NCBI GenBank assembly: GCA_013265495.1
Contig: MU058065.1
Coordinates: 2,519,003 to 2,583,002, forward strand
From: Vicugna vicugna
Lineage: Eukaryota
Length of the DNA stretch: 64,000 nt
Direction of reading: 5' to 3'
The translations under genes and the position numbers were made by a program. The notes beneath the pieces were generated by a model. It ran no database searches. It was not told the origin of the DNA and saw only the letters and a program-made list of their open reading frames with translations. Shown in pieces: positions 13,876-26,732 of the stretch (positions are counted from its first letter, which is position 1; every line of letters starts with the position of its first letter).

Positions 13876-15049
13876 GGATCAGGGGTGATACTTGAACTGT
13901 TCTAACTGACAGGGCATAGATAGAGACCAATCTGAATTGTCGCTGCCTGGAGAGGTTATATCTTTAGTAACTGGATGGTGGGCAGGCCCAGGGATATGGG
14001 GGGTTGGTGGGAGGAGGCAGAGAGCCTTCGGGATACTTGAGGCAGCCACAATTAACCAACCGGCATAAATGTATTTAAATGTTTTAAAACTTGTATGACC
14101 ACCCCCCTGAGTATCAGGCCTGGTTGTCATTCTGATGATTGTTCTCACAGAGGAGTGTTATTCTGGAGGCGTGGATTTGCTTATCACATTAAATAACTTT
14201 TTCATGCTGATGACTCAAAAATTTACATCTCCAGCCCTCTTCTGCTCTACTGCCTACTTGACATCTCTGCTTGGATGTCCTCCAGGCATGTCAGACTTAA
14301 CATTTCCAAAGCAGAATTCTTGATCTCCCCCATAGAGGTCCTGTTCCTCTTTTTGTCTTTCCTGCCTCGACGAATGGTGCCAGGGACCTGGAGTGCCTTG
14401 GATGCTGCAGTTTCTCCACGTATGAGGGGCTCAGAAAATCAATGGCTGTGTGGGGCTTCGCCATAAATACAGCATTCCACATATGAAGCGTGGGGTTGGA
14501 GGCTGTGTTGCGTAGTGAATCCAGTTCAGTGGAGACAGATAGAACTAGACTCATTCTCAACGTTGTCATTTGCTAGCAGAGACCTTGAGGAAGTCACCAA
14601 GCTTTCATGACCAAGTCATCTTCCTGCCTGATGGGAATGATAACACTGCAGGATGACCGTGTGCTGTCGTGGCAATACATTTGAAGTGACCGATACACAG
14701 TAGGCAAGTAGCAAATGGTAGTTCTTGTATTTGTTATTAACACTCTATTGATTGTTTGAGTCATTCAGATAAAAGGCCAGGGAAATCCAGGACAGGTCAG
14801 CTGGCCAAGAAGTGAGAATTGTTCTGTTTTCTCTTCCTCACTTATGAACTCACCACCTCTGAATGTGAATCTCTCACATTGTACTTAATTCTTCCACATT
14901 TGCTCAGAGTATCCTTCCTCAAAACTGTTTCCAGTGTCTTAATTTACTCGTCTTTGAAGCAGAACGGATCATATTTTCCACTGATCAGGTTGAAGTGTTT
15001 GGAGACTTTGAGAAAATTATCTGAAAACCTGGAAATAGACAAAAGGCAT

Positions 15050-15570
15050 TTGCTATGGACTGAATGTTCACCACCCCACCAACCAATTTGTATGTTGACA
15101 CCTTAACTCCCAATGTAATGGTATTTGGAGATGGGGACTTTGTGAGGTAATTAGGGTTAGAGGAGGCCATGAGGTGGGGCCCTCATGGTGGCATTAATGC
15201 TTTTATAAGANNNNNNNNNNNNNNNNNNNNNNNNNNNNNNNNNNNNNNNNNNNNNNNNNNNNNNNNNNNNNNNNNNNNNNNNNNNNNNNNNNNNNNNNNN
15301 NNNNNNNNNNNNNNNNNNNNNNNNGGTGGGCCTCGTGGCATTAATGCTTTTATAAGAAGAGGTACCAGAGAGCTTTCTCCCGCTCTCTCTCTCTGAATGC
15401 ACAGAAAGAGCTCAGTGGTGGCTGCCTGCAAGTCAAATCAAGAGAAGAGGCCTCAGAATGAAACCCACCTTGATCTTGGAGTTCTAGCCTCTTGAACTGT
15501 AAGAAATAAATTTCTGTAGTTTACTGTTCAGTCTTTAGTATTCATTACAGCAGCTGAGCTGACTGAGGAT
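15050..15570. mobile_element. ERVL-MaLR LTR (MLT1A-like) spanning the assembly gap
   Basis: tgctatggactgaatgt...ggtatttggagatgggg...gaactgtaagaaataaatttctg. Confidence 0.85.
15211..15324. other. Assembly gap (114 N)
   Basis: Run of N. Confidence 1.
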
Positions 15571-17138
15571 AGCATTACTGAGTGTTCTTTCATTGCATTA
15601 TTGCATGTTCCTAGCAGGCCCATGCCTGGAGATTATCTGATTTTCCAGGGCCTTGTATTTTTGTTAGACTTCCTGTTTCCTATCAATTAGGGAGCTCACA
15701 ACTTTGTGAAGGTAAAAATTAGCTTGTAGAAAACTGACAGCATTGCAAATTATTCCTGCCCCACAATAGATCACCCTCTGGGTTACCACTTAGTGCCTAG
15801 TAAGACATCACCAAGTTAATTTTATCTTTCTATGGAGTGTCTGACTCTACCTCCCTTTTGAACCAGTCTTTATATCTTACTGACTCACTCATTATTTAAT
15901 GAACTGAATAGAAAATTTGACATGTGTTCATTTTGTCGTTATATGAGAATTGTGTTTTTAGCATTTTTTGAAAATTATAGTTAAATAGGAACAGGAAGGA
16001 GTGAGTGTTTGGAGAACAGTAAACCTCTGGCTGAACTACGTTCCCTCACTGACAAGCATTATAAAAAGGAGCACTTGCAACAGTCACAGTTCCTTCCTGA
16101 ATGGTCTCCTACCTTCGATTTCATCATTTAGTGTCTTTCACGGACCTTTGCAGCCTTTCTAGAGACTCTTTTGTGTTGCACAGGAAAATCTGGGTCATTA
16201 AGGCATGCTCTCCGACAGACCGTGATCTGTTCCAGTTGCTTTCTGACTTTTGAAAAATAAACTTTTCACCAATGGTTCTTTCTTTACAGGGCAAATGAGG
16301 TGTTTTAGATTGAATGTACTAAAATAGGACATTCTATTCACTGCCAATCTGCCAAAATGTTTAAAACAGATAAAATGTCACCAGAGTAATTTGTGGTTGT
16401 TAAATTCCTTATTTCTCTGGTTCCACATATTAATGGAAACTGAAATCAAATGCCAATCACTCTTAAGGTAACTTATTCTACTCCAGTCAAACTATGAGAT
16501 GCCTGTCAGAGTAAATTGCAGAGACAAATAGTGCTTGGTGACATGGTAAATTATGATGATTTTAGGTGTTTTTTCCTTCATTCTTGTTTCAACACAGAAC
16601 TGAATTTATAGATTTCTTCTACGTGTCAGGAAAGAAACAAATTTGTGAAGTTAAGGTGGAACAGTCAATTCCTTAATGCTGGATTTCAGGTCTAGGTTAT
16701 TAAAAGTCTTTGGAGTTGAACTATAGGCAGAGGGTAATTTATTAATCCTCTGTAAATAGTTCTCTTTGCACAAATCTAAATGCAGTGCTTTTTGGTGATT
16801 AATGATAAACTGTCAAGTCTCACACTCACATGACTCTGTATTATCACATAAATATCATAGCTACCCATGACTGGAGGCGTTGTCAGAGTGACAGCTACAT
16901 GTTTACGGTTAAGAACTATAGAAGCAGTGGAAATGCATTCCCTATACTGTTATTTCCCATGTAATTTTAGAAATTATCTTCAACTTTATGGAGGTTGCAT
17001 TCTACAAGGAGTTATAATCACTCAACAAGTAAATAAAATTGTGAGGAATACTAGGAACTGAGAGTGCACAGGACTGGGGCACATGGCCTATTTCCCCAGG
17101 CTCAGTGCTTCTTATATTTTTCTGCCATAATTTCTTTT

Positions 17139-17415
17139 AAACAGTTTTTTTAAAAATTTACTTATTTTGGTTTTTTTTGTTTGTTTTAGGGGGACATAAT
17201 TAGGTTTATTTATTTACTTATTTTTTTAAATTGAAGTACGGTCAGTTTCAACATGTCCATTTCTGGTGCACAGCAGAATGTCCCAGTCATGCATATACGT
17301 ACATACATTCATTTTCATTATTTACTTATTCATTTTAATAGAAGTACTGGGGATTGAATCCAAGACCCTGTGCACGCAAAGCACGTGCTCTACCACTAAG
17401 CTATAGTCTCTCCCT
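17139..17415 (-). mobile_element. tRNA-derived SINE (Vic-1-like) with nested L1 tail
   Basis: Minus strand: tatagcttagtggtagagcac (A box), ggattcaatccccagtac (B box), AT-rich tail. Confidence 0.85.
17223..17317 (-). mobile_element. About 95-bp 5'-truncated LINE-1 3' terminus
   Basis: Resembles L1 ends at 850-940 and 42460-42550. 13-bp TSD ttatttacttatt at 17210-17222 and 17318-17330. Confidence 0.85.
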
Positions 17416-17829
17416 CACAATCTATTTTTTTCCTCTCCTTTTTTTTCACTCAACTACTGAAACTGATTAATCACCAGTTATCCAACGCCCACCACATGCT
17501 TAGCACTGGGCTGGCTGGGAATTATGAAGGCCCTGATTTTTGATGACTAGTAAAAGAGAAACAAAATCCATCAACACTCAAGGATGCCTACCCCAGGAGA
17601 AACTACAAATGAGTGGGAGACACAGTGATTATAGTAGATACGTACCAATCAGGGAACAGAACGCCATCAATTCCATGTGCTATTTGCAGTTGAGAAAGGA
17701 AGGGACCACTGTGTACTGATGTGATGAAGAAGAGATTCAGAGGGTAGGCAGGGAATGAGCCAGGCAAAGAAAGATGGAGAGAAGACAGTTACAGGGGTGG
17801 AGCCATCCAGGGGTGGAACCATATTTTAT

Positions 17830-18080
17830 TTGACTAACACTTAGAATGCCTATTATGAGCCAGGAACTGGTCTAAGTGCTTTAGAAATGCTAACTCATTT
17901 AATCCTCATAATAACCCTATGAGAGACATGTTAGTGTTATGTCCATCTTGCAGGTAAGAGTGTCTGAAGCACAGACAAGCTAAGAAATCTGTTCAGATTA
18001 TGTAGCTGTAAATGGCAAGTCAGAATCCACAGCCAGGAATTACAGCTGATGTGCTTTTAACTACTCTACTCTCCTGCCTC
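17830..18080 (-). mobile_element. MIR SINE
   Basis: actcatttaatcctcataataaccctatgag. Confidence 0.8.
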
Positions 18081-20459
18081 CCCAGCATTAACCAAGACAC
18101 AGTGTTTGGAAAAAAACAAACAAACAAACAAACAAAAAAACCTGAGGTGTGAGGAATCAGTTAAACTGTGAGTGTGTTGAAATGACGGGGCATCCAAGGG
18201 GACCTGTCAGGTGCCACTTGGGCACACAAGCTGGGGCTTGTTTGGAGAGAGAAACCGGGAGTAATGGATTCAGAAGTGAGTCATCTGCCTAGTGATACCA
18301 GTAGGTGAAGCAAGGAATATTCTATGTAAATAGCAAATCTTAATTGTTCTCCAATGGGACACTTGCTAAATTCTGCCTACTTGACAGTCTTTAGGCAGAA
18401 CAGGGTGTTTCCATTGTCTTTTAGGGCGTGACACTAATAGAGGGATTGCAAATCAAAGGGAGGGAGAATGCAAAGATATTTGAGGCGGTGAAATGCACCC
18501 ATTGAGTGACATCAGGCTGCACTGTGTTACCACGTCCAAAGTCATCAACACACGAGCACTGTTGGTAAAAGGCTGTCTGAGGCACAGAGAAGCTTCTGTT
18601 TTGGATATTTCTTGCTTTGCTTGGAGAGCCAGGGCCACAAGTTATTGAAGGAAACGGTTTCAGGACCTTTTTCAAAGTCACTGCTAGTGAAATTGTTAAG
18701 AGTGTTGAACTGCTGCTGTCATTATTCTGATTAACAATTCAAAACCTGAATTTGAATTATTCATGGTGTTTAAATAACTTATCAACATGAGCAAAAGTGA
18801 TGTGAAACTGTTACAATTAGAAAAGCTTACTTAAATCTTGTAGACAAATATCGTTAATTAAGTAATATTGCCTGCTGGAGATGGGGTTTCCAGGAAACTG
18901 AAGAGAAATTGGTGACATGGAAGTCTAAGAGGGCTGAAAAGGTTTGGGGGAAGGGCCCTTTGTGCAATCTCAAGATTTAGAATGCTTGAGGAGGTCTTAG
19001 CAGGAGTCTTAGCAGGTCTGCTGCTGGCTTGGGAAAGTCTAGTTAATTAATAAAAAAATTAGAATAGAATACATTTAACTTTGAATTGTTTGCTGGAAGA
19101 CTGATAGGAGTGGTGATGCTGAAACATAAATGAAAGAGGTAGAGAGAGCATCCACCTAGAGGCAGGAGAACCAGGCTAAGGGCAGACAGAACTGGAATCT
19201 CAAACCAGCTCAAGAGTGTGGTGTCTGAGCTCCCAAAGAAATCCTGAAGATCCCTGCTTATATCTCATAAGCTGCTCCTCCGTTTCCTTTGGGAATCATA
19301 TTATTCTCAAATCCTCAAAAGTGAGGACGAGGTTTAGGGCAGATGGGAGACAACTCCATCAACAAGCACATTCCACAAACATCTACCATAATTTACTGAA
19401 CTTGAGTCTGAAGCTCCAAAGCCAAATGTAATCCATTTTTTGTTTCTTAAAGAACTCATAGTCATGTTGGGCAGGCAGAAAAGTAGATGGTGGGTCATGG
19501 GTGGGGCAGTAGAGGGATGTGCAGGGAGCTGGGAAAGCACAGCAGAGGGATACAGCTCTCTTAGGGCCCAGTTGGAGGGAGACCCAGAGTCTGAAGAAAC
19601 TCAAGGTCACCAGTGTTGGGGGGCCCATATGGTTAGAATGGATAAGCGAAGACACCAGTCAGTGTTCTTGGTTTCCAGCAGCACATACCAATGCTGGTAA
19701 ACTTAAGTGGCAATTAATGGAAGAAAGCTCCTTTAAACAATGGGAATTATAGAGGCAGTCTTGGCAAATTGGCAAAAGCAGGAGGGTTTGGAAGATAAGG
19801 TCAATGCAAAGTCACCTCATCATACTAGTTAGTGTGGGTAGCCACCACTGGCATCTTCCCAAATAAGACAATTGTCACCATGCCACTGGACTCTGCTGTA
19901 CATCATTGACTGCTTCTGTTCCTGCTTCATTGAAATGCTCATCAAGATTCAAAGTGCTCGCTGCTGATTGGCTAAGTTCAGTCAAATGCCCTAAATCCAG
20001 ATGCCAAAGGGGCAAAGTTGAAAATGTCTCATCCTCTTTGTTTTACTAGCATGGCTCCCACTCATTTGGGGATAATCTCACATGCTAAGGATGTTTAGTT
20101 CCTGGGTGGCCAACCTTTTTACCAGCATTGTCTTCCAGCCTAATGTCTTGTCCGTCAGCCATGGAGTATTAGGGCTGGCTGCACAGATGACAGGACACTT
20201 GTATGCACCACACTTCTTGGGAGAGACCTTGTTTCTCTCTTGAATGAGCTTCTATTATTATCTCTAGGAGATGAGAAGAAACATGCCCTCCATGGTACAT
20301 TGTTACATCAAGACATTTTGAACTTCTCCACTAAAATTCTAACCTCATTCTCTTAACCTGTGCTAATTCTACAAGGACCCGCAAAGGAGCCAGACTACCG
20401 CTCCTCCTTCCTTGAGTTGCTGCTTTAAGAGCCAACGTAGTGCAGAATTGGGAACCAAC

Positions 20460-20763
20460 TGTGTCAGTTTGCTGGAGCTGCTGTAACAAAACCCCACAAA
20501 CTAAGTGGCCTAAACAACAGAAATTTGTCTCATAGTTCTGGAGGCTAGAAGTCTAAGGTCAAAGGGTCAGCAAGGTTCGTTGCTTCTGAGGACTGTGAAG
20601 GAGAAATTTGTTCCATGCCTCCCTCTAGCTTCTGATGGTTTTATGGCAGTCTTTGGTGTTTCTTGCCTTATAAATGCATCGCCCTTATTTCTGCCTTCAT
20701 GTTCATGCAGGGATGTCAGGACTTCAACATATGAATTTTGGGGGACACAATTCAACCCATAAC
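20460..20763. mobile_element. ERVL-MaLR LTR (MLT1B/C-like, internally deleted)
   Basis: gctgctgtaacaaaaccccacaaact...gttctggaggctagaagtc...ggggacacaattcaacccataac. Confidence 0.85.
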
Positions 20764-22734
20764 TCCAGCCAACTGATCTACCAGTCAGATATAAATATAA
20801 TAAATAAACTGTCCTGATATAAATAAACTGTCCTGTTTAGAAAAATTTAGCCAGAGTTAAAAAAAAATGTAAGTTTAATGAGTAAGCCTATTTTCTGGTC
20901 AGCAGGAATGGAAAGTTGTATGTTGTGTGAAGCATGGATAAATAAAAAGAATCCTTGGGTCAGATCTAAGAGATTTATTATACATGGACATGCTAAATTA
21001 AAGCTTAAGACAAACCAACCAAGAAGCAAGCGAGCAAATAGAAAGAGAGTATCTAAATAGCTCCTGGGAGGGGCTGGTCTGTGGTCAAAGCAGAATGCTG
21101 CAGCTGAATCCTGGACTACACATCTTCTCTTCTCTCATGCCTGACTTCACTAATGCCTACTGAGCGGGTCCATGCTCTAAAGGGTGCATGCGTATGTTAC
21201 TATTAGAATTCGGAAGTTACAATTTTTAAAACATTCCTTCTATTATATTAATCTCCTGTCATATACCTTTAGTTTTCTCCACTTTAAAACTAAGGTTCTC
21301 TGCAAACTTTCAAGGCCCTTCATTTTCTGGGTCTTGCACTCACCAAGTGCATTCCACCTTATTTTGGACTTCTTTCAACTATTTTCTGCTCTAGTCAGAT
21401 GACTTTTGTATGCTAAATACTAATCATTGACTGAGTTCTTCAACCTCTATTGTTTCTCTTCTCATTAGAATCTCCATCCCATTAAGGCCTGGTTCAAGTA
21501 CATACAGCCTTTCTCCTTTCTGTTAAGTTATTGTTGGTTGACTTTCCCTTTGAAGTCCAAATGGCATTCTAAGCTTCCAAATGTCTCAACTGTGTTGTAA
21601 ACTAAAATCTGCCACTTTCCGGAGTGCTCCAGTCATGACAACATAGAAAGTTTAAAAGTTCTTTGACTGAAAGGAGATGGCTTTAGACCCTCCCCTTGAG
21701 TCTCCCTCGGTGTCAACTTAGCATTGAACACAATCAACCATCAATGGGTCCTTAGTTGGAAATGACTTTTTGGTTCAAATATTGGTTTTTCCTCCCAGAT
21801 ACCATGGGAAGCATGACTAGAGTAGCTGCTATGGAGTCTTTGAGAAAACTCCACAGGATTGATATCAAGCCACCATGCACTCCAATAATAATACAGTATG
21901 AGAAATGGATAGAAAAGGATGGCTACAATAAATCCCATATGGAAGGAGACTGAATATTTTAGTACAAAACAAAAACAAAAACAAAAACAAAACTGGAGTT
22001 GAAACCAGTTGGATAAAGAAACTGAAGGAAATAAATAAATCTCTAGACTTACAAAGAAAGCATTACTGCCAAATTTGTCTGGCACGTCTACGAAAGTACG
22101 TAGAGGAAAATATATAGCTTTGAATACATTTATCAGGAAACACAAAAGATTTAAAAATAAATGAGCTAAGCATTATGGTATTAAAAAAAGAGTAACAGCA
22201 AGAAAAATAAGTCAGAAATCAATGTAATAAGGATAAAGGATAGTAGAGAAAATGAACAAACTCAAAATTAGATCCTTGAAAATATTCATTGATAAGACAC
22301 TTTCGGCAAGAAGGGTTGGGGGAAAAAAGGGGAAAACAGAAAAAGGTTAAAATGTAGAACGAAAGAAGGAGAAGCAATGATCGATACTACGGAGATTTAA
22401 AAATAATTTTAAAAACTGTTATAATATCTGTGTCTAATTCATTTGGTAAACTTGGTGAGCCAACAAAATCCCAGAAAAAAATCAAATGCTAACATTGTAA
22501 AGTGTAACGAGAGAGAGAGAAATTAGTGTACCAGTAACTTTTAAAGAGACTCCCTCTATGGTCCCCTCCACTCTCTGTCCCCAGTCCAGGCACAGAAGGC
22601 TTCCGGGGGCTCTACCACACTTAGAAGGGGCACTAGATTTCTAGTTTATGTAAGTTCTTCCAGAAAGTAATAGGACAAGAGCAACTCAGCCTGTTCTATG
22701 AGGCTAGTATAAGCTTGATTTCAAAACCAGGTAA

Positions 22735-23300
22735 GTAACCCATTGTATGTGTACCACAAGCTGTCTATCCAGCCACCTGTCAATGGGCATTTAGGTTGCT
22801 TCCATGTCTTGGCTATCATAAATAGTGCTCTGTGAACACTGGGGTGCAGATATATTCCCAGGAGTGGGACTGCTGGATCATATGGTAAGTCTATTTTTAG
22901 TTTTTAAAATAATGCCATTTGCAGCAACATGGATGGACCTAGAGATTATCATATTAAGTGATATAAGTCAGAAAGAGAAAGACAAATACCATATGATATC
23001 ACTTATATGTGGAATTTAAAAAGGGCACAAATGAATTTATTTATAAAACAGAAACAAACTCACAGACATAGAAAATAAACTTATGGTTACAAGGTGGGGA
23101 GAGAGGGCGGGATAAATTGGGAGTCCAAGATTTGCAGATACACACTACTATATATGAAATAGATAAACAACAAGATCCTATTGTATAGCTCAGGGAACTA
23201 TACTCAATATCTTGTAATAACCTATAATGAAGAAGAATATGAAAAGAAATATATGTATGTACATGGATGACTGATACATTATGCTTCACAAACCTGAAAT
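22735..23300 (+). mobile_element. Younger LINE-1 3' fragment with 5' inversion
   Basis: About 22735-22905 is the reverse complement of the ORF2 end. About 22907-23300 is the sense 3' end similar to 511-910. Confidence 0.88.
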
Positions 23301-23947
23301 AGAAAGGAATTTCCTTAACTTGATTAACTTTGTATTCCAAAAACCTATGGCAAATATTACATGTAATAGAGAAGCTATAGTGGATTATAGCTAAGACCTT
23401 AAAAAAGACAAAGAGCCTTATCCCAGTATTTCCATCTTCTGAGTACTGGAAGTCCTGGGCCATGTGGAAGTGATATAAGGTCTTAGGAAAAGAAAGAAAA
23501 CCATTGTTATTTGCAGGTGATAAACGCCAATCTAAAACAATCCAGCCACATAACATACAAACACTTTGAACTAACCAAGGGATTCAATAAGTTTAAGGAT
23601 ATAAAATTAAACTCCAAATAGCAATCAATTTTTTATACTAGTACTAAATATAATATAATAAAAATTTAAATAGCATTTATAATAGCAAAACTCATAAAGT
23701 ATCTAGGAGTTAATTTGTGCATAAAGACATAAACCTTTAAACTAAGTACAATGAAAATTATATAGATGAATGAAGAGACATTTGGATGTAATGACTTAAA
23801 TTCTCACAAAATTAATCTTTAAATTTAATGAATACTATTCAACTTTCCAGTTAGACTTTAAAAAGAACTTGATAAACTCCTAATATTTATTTTGGAGAAG
23901 GAAGATCCAAGAATATCTAAGTTAACCTTTAAAACATTGAGTGCATA

Positions 23948-24084
23948 GAGGGAAGGTATAGCTCAAGTGGTAGAGCACATGCTTAGCATGCATGAGGCCC
24001 TGGGTTCAATCCCCAGTCCCTCATCCAAAAATAAATTAATTGCCTCCCTCCCACCAAAATAAAATAATTAAATAATACAATAAT
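23948..24084 (+). mobile_element. tRNA-derived SINE (Vic-1-like) with perfect TSD
   Basis: tatagctcaagtggtagagcac (A box), gggttcaatccccagt (B box). TSD aaaacattgagtgcata at 23931-23947 and 24085-24101, at a canonical TT/AAAA L1 endonuclease site. Confidence 0.93.
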
Positions 24085-25862
24085 AAAACATTGAGTGCAT
24101 ACTAGCTTTTAAAGAAATTAAGATATCCTACAAAACTGTTACAATAAAAAATACGGCATATGTTCAAGAACAGATACATAGACCAGTGAAATACAATGAA
24201 GAGCTGAGAGAGAGTCCCATGAATATGTAGAGCTTCATATATTACAATAAATGTGGCACCATAAATCAATGGGGGAATTGGCAGATGGTTTACTAGGTGA
24301 GATTGAGAAAAGTGGCTCATTATATGGAGAAAAATAAAACTGGATTTTTACTAAAACCACGGCTAAAGGTAAACCTCAAAGGGGCTAAAGACCTAAACAT
24401 AAGTAGGAAAACTATAGACTTAATGGCAAGAAAACCAAACCAAAGCATAAAGCTCAAAAAGCTTTGTGACACAGTGGTAAGGAAATCTTTTAAAATAGAG
24501 CTTTGAATGAATAACAGGACAAAAAAATGTTAAATTCAATGATACCCAAATTAAGAGTTTCTGTTCAAGTTAATAGATGGCAGAATGGGATAAGAGAGTT
24601 GCAATGTCTAACACGGACAAGGGATTAATATCCATACTCTACAAGATAGCAGCCGCGAAAGAAAACTAGGCAAAGGATATAAATAGACAATTTAATGAGA
24701 AAAGGAAATCCAAGAGGCCATCAAACATATGGAGTGCTGCTCAAACTCATTAGTAATCAGATAAATGCAAATTAAATTAATGAGATAACACTTTACACTT
24801 ATTATTTTGGCAAAAAGTGGGAGGCTAGAAAATGCCAAAAGCTTGGCTAGGATGGAAATGTGAAGATAGAGGAGTTCTTAAGAGCCTCTGGAGAGCAATC
24901 TGGCCATTAGGAAAATAACAACAAGGACAGATGTAAGGGGATGCACACAGAGATGTCTTCTGTGACATCGTTTGCAATGATAGAGAGTTGGAAGGAGTCA
25001 GAGGACCCATCACTGGGTCAGTGGCCAGGTAAGGTGTGAGCATTTGTATTACTCAGATTAGTTGCACAGGTAGCAATTAAACCCTAGAGGCATAGGGATG
25101 AGTAAAAAAAAAAGTGCAAGAAATGCAAGGAGGCATCTAACACAATATGATATATATAAATTAAAAATATATGCACATAAAACAACAAAGCCCATTTTGC
25201 AAGAATACAAACAAGTAAAAAAGATAAACATTAAACACATTAGTATGCTTGCCTATGGGGAGGTGGTAGGAGTCAGGGAATGGGAATGGAGAATGAAGAG
25301 AAAAGGGAATTTCAAAAAAAAAAAAAAAACTTGCCTTCCGGGAGAAGCAAGCTACTTAATTGGGTTTGGAGGGAGGATCATTTGATGCAATGCTCTCAGG
25401 CTGTCAATTAGGAAACAACAAGCGAGGTGTTCGGATGCGTCATGTCCCAGGACTCATAATCTCCGGGGCTGGAAATAGAATCTGGAGCTTGGGAGCCTGC
25501 TTCCCACAGATGGGGTCAGAGGTGCGAGATGCTGGGCTTCTAATTGGACATGCTGTGTCAGAGAGCAGCGCAGGGCCTTCCAACGAAACGCACAGGATGT
25601 ATGTTTAGCCTCTGTGACGCATTATAAAGAGAAAGAAAGAAGCAACAGTGACACTCTTGCATCCTGCGATTAAGCCCTGGGAGTTGGCTATCAGTGCTGC
25701 TATTTTATAGTTACAGCTGTGTCCACCATCACTCAGACTGTGCTCTTAAATGCCCTTGGGCATCAATAGAATGGATATATTTCAGAAACACTCTGCACTG
25801 TCCTCAGGGCATGCTGAGAAAACAGATGCCTTCTTTCAGACAAATATTAAAAGTAAGCTCCT

Positions 25863-26092
25863 ATTATAGGCAACAATACCGTATTACACGCTTCAAAGTT
25901 GCTAAGGGACTAGATCTTAAATGTTGTCATCACACAAAAGAAATGATAACTATGTGATGTGATAGAAGTGTTAGTTAATGTTATGGTGGTATTCACGTTG
26001 CATTAGATAAATGTATCAAATCAATACTTTGTATACCTTAAACTTATACAATAAAATTAAATAAATAATAAAAAATGAACACACACATACGC
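25863..26092 (+). mobile_element. 5'-truncated LINE-1 3' UTR (L1MA-like)
   Basis: aaagttgctaag..actagatcttaaatgtt...tgtataccttaaacttatacaat. Probable TSD aagtaag(c/t)tcct at 25851-25862 and 26093-26104. Confidence 0.85.
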
Positions 26093-26732
26093 AAGTAAGT
26101 TCCTGACCAATTATGACTTTCTCCTTTGCCCAGTGGGGCCCCCATCTCCTGCTGCCTCATTCATGTATAATTTCACCATCCTCGTATTGTCTAGGCAGCC
26201 AGGTGAAGTAAGCAGCTATGGAGGTCACTAAGGGTGAAACATCCTAAAATGCTGATTGAACAACCAGTCTGACTATGTCTCTCCAAGCCCCTAGACCCTC
26301 CCAAGAAGTCATTGCTGCCTTCAACCTACAGAGCAGTGATGCAGATCTAACTGGAGTTAGGCTTCTCTCTCCAGCTGATGGGCTCTGGGGTTGGTCCCAC
26401 TGCCCCTCCCCTGGCATCCTCTCTGCCTTGGAGCTCTGTGTGCCCTCCTAGATCCAGGTGGCCAGTCTGCTTCCATGCTGGACTGCATCAACCTGGTTGA
26501 TGGCAGTTTTCTGCCTCACTCTTCCTATGTCGTTTTGCTAGTCTTCTCCGGGGACTGGGAATATTGGTTCTTTGTTTAGAGCATCTCTCAAGAGCTAGGG
26601 ATACAAGAGTAAGCACAGACAGATCTAGAATCTTCTCTTGGGGAGCTTACAATCTAGTAGAGAAATCAGGAAAGATGGAAAAAAAGTCCTATGACAGTAA
26701 AATCCTGTGACAGTTAAAGTACAACAAGGATT

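Larger units (their letters stand above)
22020..25330 (+). mobile_element. Ancient LINE-1 (L1M-type) ORF2 and 3' end relic hosting younger insertions
   Basis: Degenerate ORF2 motifs in expected order: FYEASI.LI.KPG (about 22695), NFLNLI...KP.ANI (about 23310), ttatttgcaggtgat (LFADD-like, about 23510), aacagatacatagaccagtg, tgctcaaactcattagtaatcagataaatgcaaattaaa. Confidence 0.8.

Noticed and set aside
23041..23556. 171-aa minus-strand ORF, second longest in the track
   Set aside because: Runs antisense across the junction of two L1 relics, has a non-ATG start and resembles no protein I recognise.
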